DNA of 64,000 nt from Lingula anatina (lineage: Eukaryota; Animalia; Brachiopoda): positions 14,918,651 to 14,982,650 of the forward strand of contig CM120647.1 in assembly GCA_051362555.1 (NCBI GenBank), in the 5' to 3' direction. The notes under the pieces were generated by a model, which had not been told where the DNA came from, searched no databases, and saw nothing but the letters and a program-made list of their open reading frames with translations. Position numbers and translations under genes: made by a program. The number at the start of each line of letters is the position of its first letter. Positions within the stretch are counted from its first letter, which is position 1. Positions 33,019 through 45,245 of this stretch are shown piece after piece.

Positions 33019-36000
33019 GACTCCCACTAGTAATGCGACACTTTTTTTTTTTTAGAAATGAAAACCTTCTTGCTAGAAGCCTGATGACTATACTATACGT
33101 AGCATGTATCATCTCTCTAAGCTAGTGTCAATGACAGAAAATTAGCATGCGCTGTGAGGACACAATGCAGGTGTATCTGACCTAGACAGTTAAAGCATTT
33201 AGCCTTATGCAAAGCATCCCAGACAGCCTCAGTGATCTGGCCCATGTCTGGCCCAGATCTGGCAACGTCTGGCAATGTCTGGCAAAAGGTATGGCTTGCC
33301 ACATGTGGGCCAGATGTGGCAATGTCTGGGCCAGATCTGGCCCAGACATTGCCACATCTGGCCCAGTCCACATTTGCTCATATGGCCAGATGTCGGCCCA
33401 GATCTGGCAATATCTGGCAAATGTATGGCATGCCAGATGTGGGCCAGATATGGGCCAGATCATATTCAAATGGGCCAGATTAGGGCCAGACATGGACCAC
33501 ATATGGCCCAGATTGTTTTTTTTTATTATTTCACATTTGCTCATGTGGCCAGATCTGGCCCAGATCTGGCAATATCTGGCAAAGGTATGGCATGCCGGAT
33601 GTGGGCCAGATTAGGGCCGGACATGGACCACATATATGGCCCAGATTGTTTTTTTTTTTTTTCTTTTTTTAATTATTTTTAATTATTCAATAAGATAACT
33701 ATAAAAAAGACATACAAGATTCAAGATTCAAGTATTTATTCTGTGCTAAAAGCCTAAACAAAATTATTACACATTATATAACCTTGCTGGCAACTAACAT
33801 GCAACAAATTAAGGGCCACTCCTTGTCTTTTTGTACAAAACAATTTGTATGTTTGAAAAAAAAAAAAAAAAAAAAAAACACACTGCAAAAAGGCAAATAT
33901 ACAGACACTTAACAGGAGGAAATGTCACTTACATACATGTAAAGAAAACAGTTATAACAACAATTTTTTTTTCAACACAAAGCTGCTCATCGAATCTGAA
34001 TTAACACAAATTACAAAAATTGTAATTAATTATGCATGTACATGGGGGGGGGGGGATTTGAGGGGGAAATATTTTTGCACACCTCAACCTAAATAATATT
34101 ATACATTGTCATTTTTAAACTAATTCAAACATATCATTAATAATAATAATCACTAATGAATATAGTTTTGTAATGAATAAATCTTGAATAATGAATGAAA
34201 AAACATTCTTTTTTAGATGATGGAGAGTTATAACAAAATTATAAATAACCATGCAGTAACTGTTTCAATTCAACTTGCATGCTGGCTACAGTACTGTACA
34301 TGCATGTAAATTCTGAAAAAAAAATATGTATACTCCAGCACAGATATAGATGTACAATTAAAAGAGAATTACATGTGCACAAAAACAAACCCCAGTATCA
34401 ATGCTTTTGAATTAAATCACATCACGAATCAAATCACTCAATGAATTGAACCAGTTTGCAATGCTTGCGCTTTTTTCAAATCCATAACACTAAGAAATGA
34501 TACACCCGCCTCCTTGACAAGCTTATAATTATTAAAGGAATCAACAATGGAACAAGTAATTCTACCAAGTTAACAAAAGTTCATTCAAATGTCAAGTCCA
34601 AACACAACATCCCTTCCTTTCTTGGAGAGAAACGGTCCTTTCAAAACATGTTAATTGACAGTTCAGTCTTTAAAATGTCTTTTCAAACATTTGCAGAATA
34701 GCATATGAACTCCAACTTTTATTCCTTAAACCACACTGAAAATTCTCAAAACTAATCAACTCATATCAAATCCCATGTCCTTTCACTACTACTGGTCTCT
34801 TCCTTTGCTTGCCTTTACGTCATATTCAAATGTTCCCTTCACTTTTAAAGGTTTCTCAGACGTGTACATGAATAATACTGTTTGTTTTCTGGTCCTCCAC
34901 AAGAGCCACATTTATTTTTCTTGGATTTCAGCATTCTCCATGTATTTTCATCAATGATATTACAATATGCACCTGAATCTGGTAATACACTGAGATTAAC
35001 ACCTCCTCTATTTCCTCCATGTCTTCTGTGCATTGGTTCCCACACCAAATGTATATGCACTCCTGGATTTTCATGTTCAAAGCTGTCATTTACATGAATA
35101 ATAGTTTCAGTTTTGCAGAGTTTTGCAAAGTGATCCAACGTTCCATGTTTTCTCAGTCAGGGAGTTTCTACTTCGTTTTTCATGTCTAAACTCGTAATGT
35201 TTAGACTGGCTTGGTTTGTCAAATGACTTCAGTTTCATCATACTCAGTTTCTGGTGTTCCAATTTCATTCAAAGCGTTAACTGTCTTATGCATATTCATG
35301 TTTCTAACCTGTGTTTGGGAGAGTCCTGAAAATATCTTGTAAGTTGTACACCTGTCCCTGCTGAATACAACATAAGCGCGCGTCTCCTTTGTCATGTATT
35401 TTTAATTTTCTATCTTTGTTCATTATTCATGCCGTTCGTTGGTTTTGAAAAGATCAATCTTTTTCCGTCAGCGAAAAGTTTAAACTGTCTAGCCATCGCG
35501 TCGAGCGTGACCCAATGTCTCCGGACTTCTGTACGGTTCGAATTCCGTAATTTCACATTTTTTCTCCATTTTTTTTCAAAGAAACTTGACTCACAGTTTT
35601 GCACTAGTGTTTATCCTCGTCGCCAGTGTTGATGCCTTCGAAATAAATCGCACCACGAATCAAATCACTCAACGAAATTGTATCAGTTTGATACGCTTGT
35701 GCTTTTTTCATATCCATAACTCTAAGAAACGCTACATCCGGGTCCTTGACCGGCTTAGCATAAAAAGCGGAATCTTACAACAGCGGAACGAGTAGTCCAA
35801 AAAAGTTTTAGATCAGTGAATTCATTCAAATGTCAAGTCAAATTAAACAAATAGCACACTTATGAGGGGACTTTGAAGAAAAAAGAGAGAGATAAATTAA
35901 ATCAAAATTTATCAAATGACGTCAGTTCAATGCATTCAGCTCACTGGTCAATAAAAATAAATAAATAGAAAATAAAAATTGAAAATGAAAGTACCATATC

Positions 36001-39000
36001 TGGCCCAAGTCTGGGCAGCATCTGGCAAAATGTGGCGTAAATGCCAGACTTTGCCAGACTTGGCCCAGATCTGGCAAGTGTCTGGCAAAATGTGGCATAA
36101 ATGCCAGACTTTGCCAGACTTGGCCCAGATCTGGCAAGTGTCTGGCAAAATCTGGCCCAGATATTGCCAGACGTTGCCAGATCTGGGCCAGACGTGGGCC
36201 AGATTATTGAGGCTGTCTGGGATATTTCTTATCAGTGACTAAGAAAAAATTGTTCTATATGCTGACACTGTCTGGTATGATGGTGGGAGAGGCCTGTTTG
36301 TTTAGCAAGTAGATCTTTTTGGATTGTTTTATCACCAGAATAAATTGTTATGCATTTTGAAAAGTGATTGCCTGTTTTATAATGAGAAAGCTTATGCAAA
36401 CAAGTTTTATTTAATTAAATTTTTTGTCTGCTGTTAGGGTTCAGAATATCAATGGAAAGGAAACAATTATGTCATTTAACAAAATAAAGCACTGGGTGTC
36501 TCTTGCACCCCCCTTCTCCACCCTCACTAAAACAGCAACTTGTCACCCTCCTTCCCTCCCCACTTCCCCCCTCAGTGTGATGATAATCACAACATTCACA
36601 TTATTATCACGTGAAAGCAAGACATCTCTTGTTGATAGTGTGGAACTGAAGTGACACTTACCTAAGGCAAGTGACCTTGACATTGACATGAATTAGTGTG
36701 GAGCAGTAAGTTTAAGTATTCTTGTACTTATCTGTGGGGCAGTCTTCAAACAGCAGGACTGGATGGAAATGATGATACTTAAAGTAATATGTGACTTGAA
36801 GATGAGATAATTATGAAATGGAGATGACAGTTCTTCAACAGTGGGTATCTCCAAAGGTTTTATGACTACAGCCTTTTCATTGTTGATATGGTTGGAGATT
36901 CCAAATATGCTGCAGTATTGTGCATCTGAGAAGTGTCTTTACTAATGTGATATATTTGTTTTTGACTTTTTATTCCGGACTTGGTGGAAGGCGCATTACT
37001 AAAGACTGGCAGTCTTTGGACGAAACCCAGGCCTTATTCATTCAAGAATACTATATTTTGAGAACTCTCATTGTATGAGAGAATTCAAAATTTGCAGACT
37101 GTTTGAGTGACTTTGAGTTTGGAAAGAAATTACAGGTTTTCACCCTTCAGTTTTGATGAGAAAGTTTTTTTCCTGCACTTTGCTTGAGGTGTGAAAGAAA
37201 AGAGCTCCAAAGCCTGCATCATGTGTGCCTTGTACAGTAATCACGTGGATGTCACGAAAAAGGATATAAAGAGAAGTCAAAACACCAACTATCTGTCCAA
37301 AAAAAGTGAAGATAGAGGCAGTCTTAGAAGTCTTAAGAGGTACATGCACTTGAATGAATGATGGGCCAGTCTTTCTGTTATTTTGCCATTCAACAGATTT
37401 TAGACTAATTTCAGTCCCATATTGTTTTAGTGTGAATGCAGCAATGATTTAGGTTACGGTACCGCAGTTTTATTTGACATTCAGATAAAGTCTATATTGG
37501 AAGTATTTATCATGCTTTTTTGCTTTAATATTTCCTGATCAATCATCATAATTGTGTTTTTATCATTAGTGCTTATTTGAATGCACACTGCAATCTGGCT
37601 TAGATTAATGTTAGATGAGTAACTTGTGGAGCTGCCTTTAATTGAATACATAAATCTATTTGTTGAAATGCACCAGACACAATGAACTATTTTAGGGGGA
37701 GGGATTTAATGCAGTTTGTTTACAATCCTGTGTAAGTTTGCGTTTCTTGTCTTGAATAATTTTTTGGGATAAAATGAAAGAAACTATTTGTTATGTTGAA
37801 AGTAAGTTAAGTACATGTAAATATGTGTACTAGGTTTCTGGTATTTTATGCATTTTCTTCCAGAAATATCTAATAGTATATTTATTGCAGGATATCAGTT
37901 TAAAACCCTTTTCTGATTAAATTCAAATTTAAGGCACCTTAGGTATTGAAGTATGTCTAGTTAATAAATTAATATATATATATACAGGTATATATATATA
38001 TGAAAATGATATATTTTAGGTGCTTAAACTATGTTGATGATAACCATAATATTTTATTATATTTTAATGTTCCAGATTTCCACCAGAGGGCGAGGCCTAT
38101 GTCTCCATCAACAGGAGCCACCCTGGTCGTGTATTACACAGGTTATCAGAGACAGACGCCATTGGGGTTGACAGCATCCAGACTACAGAAGAAGTAAAAA
38201 AATATCACACCCAACAATCCCGTCACTTGCCAAACTGGGCCTGGTTCGTCCTTGCAAAATCTCTGGGCATCAAACTTCACGAGCTCGACAAGCCATGGTT
38301 TGGAACACTCCTGCACGTGCTGACGTTAGCTTTTGGTATTGGCTACATGATCACCAATACCTGGTTTATAGGTTATGATATTTATAGTTTGTACACCAAG
38401 CAGACATTGATGACAGGTTGTGTTAACATGCTGGTGGGGTTGGTGTGGAGCGCCATGGGGGTGTACGCAAACCTGGTGGCAGGAAACTTGTTCAGTAACA
38501 GGAAGTTTAGAGAGTGTGTCAGGATGCACACAAAGACAATACTCAAGGTATGTGATACGTATTAGGCACCCTCTGTAAGGGTCTCAGATATTTTTATGCT
38601 AGACATTCACATATCTGGCTATTATGCTGTATTGTTTTGATTCCACTGCAGTGAGAATTATTGGGTAAAAAGGACATCATCAGCCACTCTTCTAAGTAAC
38701 TTACTAATATTTGATAAATGTTGAAAACTTAAGTAAAAAAAGGGAAAATATTGGAAAAAAGTGTGTCATTTGAAATTTGGGAAGAATTACATGACTATGG
38801 CATCCATCTTTATAATTATCCATTCATACCCATTTTCATATGAACCCTTCCTGTAAGGTATCATTTTTAGAGATTGAGAATTTAAGTGTAACTATCATGT
38901 AACAGAGTCATCTAAACACAGTCTCTTCATTCAACACTTTCTGTTAACAGGATTAATTTTGATCCAACCATTTGGATGCAAACTTATGAAAGTTAGTAAA

Positions 39001-42000
39001 GGGTACTTAGTAATTAAATGCAAGGACTAGTATGGTGCAAAACAAAAGTGCTTTATGCCTTGTGACAGGTATGATCTTTGTATTAAAATGCACTAGACGG
39101 GTATTACTAGTATTTATTTTAAAATTCCTTATTGAATTTCATTTAAATTATATTTATAATTACATCTTCGATTTTTTCATCAAACTTCCAGATCAGTGCT
39201 GCCACAGTCATGGGGATCATGGCCACAACAGTCGTTGTCATAAATTTGGTCCGTAACTACGACAACTTCGATGAGAACCAGTGCCATGGCCTTTACCTTA
39301 ACCTCGACCCCATGATCTGTCATGTGCGCTATGTCTGTCATGTGGGGATTTCTTTCTTTACTCTGGTCTGGAACTTGTTGGTTGGGTTTGTCATGCTGTC
39401 GGTGTGCCGTACACACACCATAGGTAAGTACCATATACGATTTTAGACCAGTAGTTATGATTTAATGGCATTATCTTTTTCTGAATCTTCCGTGGCATAA
39501 CTTTGACAGTTTAAAGGGTTTCCTTCATGCCGTCAGAATGGCCTGAACGGAACATATTCTTCAGAAAACATGCCCAACTAACGATATCTTTATCCAAATA
39601 CACAAATTAAAAGCTCATTTTGTAAATTTTTGGCTTTAAAAAACGTCCTATTTGCTCGGCCTGGGAGTTAATGAGCTACGTGGTCACGTGGTCCAATGAC
39701 GACAATCGAGCCACTGGAGAACAGAGCGTGCTTAGCTGTCAAACTGAGCTGCATTGTCTACCTGTAAGATGCCTTCTCTGGCTTCTGATAAAAGTTTATA
39801 CTCATTCAAATCTCTTACCCGAGGGGTCAAAATCCTCGTGAAGCTGTGTAAAACCATTTCCCGTCTAGTCATTTCTTTAACAAGCATTTCATTATGGTTA
39901 TCCCAAGTTGTATAAAACACTGCATTTGAATGAGTTAAGGGAAATGTTGATTATTGCATATGAGGTCCATGTTATTTGTGAAATTCAATTTATTTTATTA
40001 AACCGCTGACACTCCGTCTTGCATACTTTTATTAAACTGAGGTAAACAATGCCCGTTACCTTTACAAGTCCTATCTTAATCATCCATCTAACTGGAACTT
40101 CCTTTACCTCTTAATTAGAGGGTTAAATGGCATTCAATTTGTCTTGCTTGTATCGAACGCACTCTCTATCTAAGCTTTACTCCAGTTATCTCAGGTAAAA
40201 ATCTACCTGTGCGTTAGTTACAAAGCGCAGCTCCCGTAGACCTGGGGGTACTAGATAAAATCTGAACACCAGGTTTATCGAGGAGCTAGAGAAAGAAAGG
40301 AAGAATTTTTCCTGCACAACTTCATAGGAATTTTAACACGGACTTGATCCAGCTTAGACCTCCAAACTAACAGGGTGACATGGGCAATTTTCACAAACAA
40401 ATCATAAAACTATATTTCAGTTAACCGCCTTTAAAATAAATATACCGTTCTGGGTAAATTAAAATAGTTATTAAATCGCAAGAATATTTTTGACTTAAAT
40501 GATGATTTTATTATAAATGGAAATTAAGCTACTATATGAGGTACATTTGCTGTGATTACGCTGTCCTGTTATTACCTGGCTTGGGAATTGCAGCGGTGCA
40601 TAATTAACAGGTTCTTGTAAACGAGCTTTTGGTCAACTACAATGCATTTAAAATGCATCAGCAATCAGTAAGTTTGCCAACTGATGACAGTTAATCTGAA
40701 AGACTACCAGCTCTTGATATGATCTAAACCACCTGAGGTGACCATGATCTAGAGCATCGCAACTATTGTCACCGAAGTTAGTAAGTAAGTCACGGAAGAC
40801 CGTCACAGACAAAGAAAGATTGTCAACGAGAGCTGCAATTTTGGTGAATCCCACGGCAACACACCGAGGCATAACGAAAATTCCTCAACTCCGTTCAACA
40901 CAATTTTCCTTAACTTCTCCGTCACCATGCAGCTCAGTTGAGTCTCATAGACCTTTATCGTGATTGTCGTCACAGTACCACGTGACCCAGATCTGTTGCT
41001 TCATTTTTGCATATTGAGGTGAGGTTTACTAAAACGCTTTTTTTCTACTAATAGATTGTTTTTATAATTTTTAAATGGCGGGGATCGATTAAAACATACC
41101 TCTAGTGTATAGATTGAGTGCTGTATCTTCAAAATTCGAGAAATGGATTTTTACATGAACATTGTCCTTTAAAGGTTCTGTGGTTGAAGAACTCTTGAGA
41201 AAATGAAGAGTAAAAATTATGTCAGTTTTTTTTTTTATTTTTCATTTTTTATTTATTTATTTATTTTTTTTGGGGGGGGGGGGGTGGCAGGGGCTGAAGG
41301 CCAAAGGGACAGTATGACAATGTAGAAGAATTGTGAGAAACTTCACAGGCAGTGCCCAAAGAAATCTTGTACAAAGAGAGAAAAAAGCCTCTATTAATTC
41401 TTTTAGCACCAACCTTCCTATTAGCAAACAATTGTGATTTTTAATTTTTTTTTTTCATTTTTGTTCAAATTACTTGGACGATCAATCAGCAAATCAGCCG
41501 TTTTCTTTTATTTTTAGGTCTTCGCCGTTTCATCAAAGTTTTAGAGGAGGACGGGAAAGCCTATGTTGTCTACAGACAAAAAATCGCAGCGGCCCAGACA
41601 CAGTACTTAATGACCAGTCAACATGCAGACTCTTATTACTATGATCCTTTAGAAGAAGGTAAAGAAGTACACACAGAAGGGGGCTATTTTACAAAATAAT
41701 AATAATAATTATTATAATAATAATGGTCTAATAAAGTTTTGTTTTTCAACGAAAAATCCCTATATCTTTGATTCAAGGTAAATAAGCAGTGCTCCATTTA
41801 AAATGTAAATGAAATGTTGCACCTATTTAATACAGTTAACACATGAATATTGTTTAAATATTAAATCTCTGAATGCACACTTTCCTTGTTTAGATCAGTA
41901 TCTGATTTGAAGGCACAGTATACAGCATCACCTAGTATCTGATCCAAAGATATAGTGTCACTTGGACTGGGTTACCATCCCTAGATCCATCTAACAGGAT

Positions 42001-45000
42001 CGGACCATCTCCACAGGGTTTTTCGCTAAATTGCTTTCAACTTAAATGGCTTAGATGTCTGGGATTCATACTAAAGCTGCTAAATGCTAGCTTCAATATG
42101 TGACAGACATATAAACGCTTCAGTTGATTGCAATTAACTGAGAATCCCCTTGGAGATAGTTTGATCCAAAGTTAGTACGATAGGATCTGGAAATGGTCTC
42201 TTATAGCTGTAATTGATACTGTTAATTGCTTTGTTTTGACAGATTTAGTTTAAAAAAATCATATTTTAACCAATTTACTAGACCAGTACATGTGGGATGA
42301 TGACCTCACCATACTGTCGGACAGTGACTTTCTGGGCATGCCCGGACAGCGCCCCCATCTTACTCCCTCGCGGAATGTCAATATCCCCAACCAGAGAGCA
42401 CAGGGAACGGGAGAGCACTCACTGCCTTCCAGCTTACCACAGGGAATGGGACTTTCTACTTCTCAGGACGAACAGGTATATACGAAGTAATTTGGAAGAT
42501 GGTACTGTACTTAAATTTGTAGTCTGAAATTTAGAATATTTTTTAGATATTGTTTCATTGTAAAACTGAATATCAGAAATGTAGCATTTTTCTAGAACTT
42601 GTTTTCTAAAACATTTTAAAAGAAAAATTGGTTGAGATCTATACCATGGCAGTATGTTAATATAAGGATATCAAATAAATTGGAAAGACATTGTGGCTTT
42701 TCAGTATTTCATGAGCAGACCACGCCAGATCAGCCTGTCTGCCCCACATGGAAGCTACATCCGAGGTAGAAGACTAACAAACAGACAGACGTCTGCAACA
42801 GACGACGAGCTTGAGGACCAGGATGCAAAGCAAAGAAAAGGGAAAATAGTTGCATCTGATAAACAGCAGCACCAAGATGAGGCCCAGGTGGAATCAAAAC
42901 CAGCTTGTAGTAATGAAAATGATGAGAAGAGGAAAGCAGGGGGTCAGAATTTAGACCAAGACAGTGTGCTGCTGAATATTGAAGAAGACGGAGAAAATAT
43001 CAGTGCTTCCTGCAGCTTGGATCTCACTCCAAGTCCACGCTTACTGGCACATAAGGTATTACTACCAGCTATAAAAGTATACGTTGCTTAGACAATGTAT
43101 CCTTCTGTGTACCCTTCCAAGTTTTTTCAGCTTTAGTGTTTAGGTTTCTGTCAAATGTGTACTTTCTGAAAGAATTTATAAATGTGAAGCTTTGAAGAAC
43201 TACCAAGAGGTTAGTTATGGTTCTCCAAAGAGTCCTTGGATGTTATTATAAATGTAGCTGATGGACACTCCCCACTGCTGATACAGTACAAATGATTGGA
43301 AGTTATGAAAAAACTTCATTTTTTTTCTTTTGTGAATCAAAAAGTAAAACCTTAAAATGAATGATAAAAAGAATTATGACCAGACATCAATTATATGGAT
43401 GAGAGTCACTGTATTCTGGTGTATACATTATCAGGAATATAAAATGTGTAACATGCAAATAGAAATACAACATTTAAATATTTTCCTTGCAGAGGGCAAG
43501 CTGTCAGTCTGAGACTGGAAGTGAGGCCTTAATGTCTAAAATTCTTACAAATGAAGATATCTTGGTCTCATATTGGAGAATATCAGTAAGTATCACAAAC
43601 CTTTTTTTTTTTTTTTTTTAGTAAATTTATAATTTCTTTTAAGATTTTTATATCCATTAGATTGTATCATAAGCTGTATTGCAGGATTTGTGTTTACCAT
43701 TGTAGGATTTAAAAAAATATATAAAAAAGAGATATCTATACTGCCATGCCACTATACACTATGCCAGACACTTGACGTATACCATCTATTGGTGGTAGTG
43801 TTCTAAATGTTCACAATTTCAGCATAACAAACCTCCTGTGTTCATCCTCCTTGGTTAGGTTGTAGTGTAAATCTGAATGATATTCTTTGAAAATCTACTT
43901 AAAAATAATTCTTCAAAATCATTATTATACAAACATTGAGTCAGGCATCGTGGCAGTGAGCAGATGAAGTGATTAAGAAACGTAATAGTTGAAGTAACGT
44001 GGTAGGATTAATTTAAAGTAAAAGCAACAAGAAATCGTTTTTATTCATTATTTCAGTCACGTCTACGAGCCACATCCCTGGCGATGCAAAGATGGTTGGC
44101 CTCATGGATATTCTTCATCACTCTTTGGTCTGCAAACTACGTCATCTATTGGCTGTCTCACCCGGCAACGATTGCCGGGATACTGGAAGTTGCCTTGCCA
44201 CTGTGTCTTCTACCTCTGGTGTGTTCTGCCTTTGCTGAGGTGAACAATGAAGCAACAAGGCTTGTAAAGGTACTACCTCTAGGCTGGTAGACTAGGTTTG
44301 GGAGCATGAGATTTGATAAAATCACCCATTTTCCCAGGAAAAGTCCACTGTAAATTGAAATATGATCTTGACTTTCTGCCATTATTCATGTTGGGTCAAC
44401 CGAGGGATTAACAAGGTGGAGCTAATCAGATAAAAAACCCATTTTTGAAATTGTTGACTGACCCCCACCCCCACCCCTCTCTCTCTCCCTCTCGGCCTCA
44501 CGGCATGAAATCATGGGGGATGTTGTAATAATGGTTGACATTCTTTTGTGGACCAATACATTTTTCATTTTGTCAGTGTTGATCAAAATACTGTATAAAA
44601 TAACTTGGTACTAGTTTGACTTAGCTGCCAATTCATACCTTACCGGTACATGTCTTTATGTCCATTTCAGTGTGTGTGTCCCACTGGGGAAAGACTGGGG
44701 CTGCTGAGTTACCTGGAGAAATACCCACTGGAGATGACAGTAAGTAGCAGTCAGTTACTGTATAAACTCAATGTTTGGATTACTTTTACTAGACTTTGAT
44801 AGATGTGCATGTTTTTGTGTGCCTGAGTGCATGTGGATGATCTAGCTATCAATGGTCATCCAACATATAAGGTTAAGTTAAACTCAGTGTTTGGATTATT
44901 TTATTTAATGGATTGGGGATAATTGCAATTTCCTTTTTTAAAATAGTCATAGTGTTTACTTATTTCACAAGTGAACAAAAACTTTAAACATTATATGGAA

Positions 45001-45245
45001 TATTGTTTATAGAAGATGGATATCATTAGTCAAATATTGCACATTTGTTACAGCTGTTTGGGTATCGTCTCTCATACGGTGACATTCTCAAGGTCATTCT
45101 CGCCTTCGCCCTCGCCTTCTCTTCTCGTATCATCTTGGATGAGGTGTTTGGAAGTGGAGGAGTGCCGACACCTTCACCGACATCATTACCATCCTCAACT
45201 GTAGCTGCTGTGACCGATGTGTTAAATTCAACCAGTCTCCTATGA
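32402..45245 (+). CDS. Gustatory-receptor-like / 7TM ion-channel (7TMIC) superfamily candidate, 10 coding exons
   Basis: Exons 32402-32418, 38076-38547, 39192-39423, 41518-41658, 42282-42475, 42705-43055, 43493-43585, 44057-44269, 44671-44739, 45054-45245 splice in one open frame. No signal peptide; about 7 hydrophobic helices; very long acidic loop after TM4; C-term AEVNNEATRL..YLEKYPLEMTLFGYRLSYGDILKVILAFALAF. YY1-type motif CAAAATGGCG upstream at about 32263. Gene model is solid, family call is inference. Confidence 0.7.
33218..36221. mobile_element. 3.0-kb non-autonomous CMC/EnSpm(CACTA)-like DNA transposon in intron 1 of the 7TM gene
   Basis: TIR CCCAGACAGCCTCA.. / ..TGAGGCTGTCTGGG (4 mismatches in about 65 nt), 2-bp TSD AT (33216-33217, 36222-36223), dense sub-terminal TGGC/GCCAGA repeat arrays (33218-33650, 35995-36221). 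Confidence 0.85.
34396..35849 (-). mobile_element. Internally deleted Ty3/Gypsy LTR retrotransposon nested in the CMC element
   Basis: Direct repeats (LTRs) 35627-35849 and about 34396-34609; PBS TGGCGACGAGGAT (35613-35625, complementary to a tRNA-Ser(GCU)-type 3' end); PPT AAGAAAGGAAGGGA (34610-34623) abutting TG; gag remnants (FKLFADGKRLI, RRALMLYSAG..DIFRTLP, HFAKLC knuckle end); protease LPDSGAYCNII. Confidence 0.85.
39515..41168. mobile_element. Possible Kolobok-type non-autonomous DNA transposon in intron 3 of the 7TM gene
   Basis: TTAA flanks (39511-39514, 41169-41172) with short imperfect TIRs AGGGTTTCCTTCATG / CATGAACATTGTCCT; interior richer in CpG than flanking intron. Confidence 0.45.
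41972..42202. mobile_element. Degenerate MITE, same family as 59390-59599
   Basis: Inverted ends CCATCCCTAGATCC / GGATCTGGAAATGG; shares internal CGCTAAATTGC with the 59390 element. Confidence 0.55.

Noticed and set aside
33117-33682. Six overlapping ORFs rich in W/P/D/G (also 35922-36242), and an array that superficially resembles CRISPR
   Set aside because: Translations of the transposon's sub-terminal GCCAGA repeats; no unique spacers, eukaryotic context.
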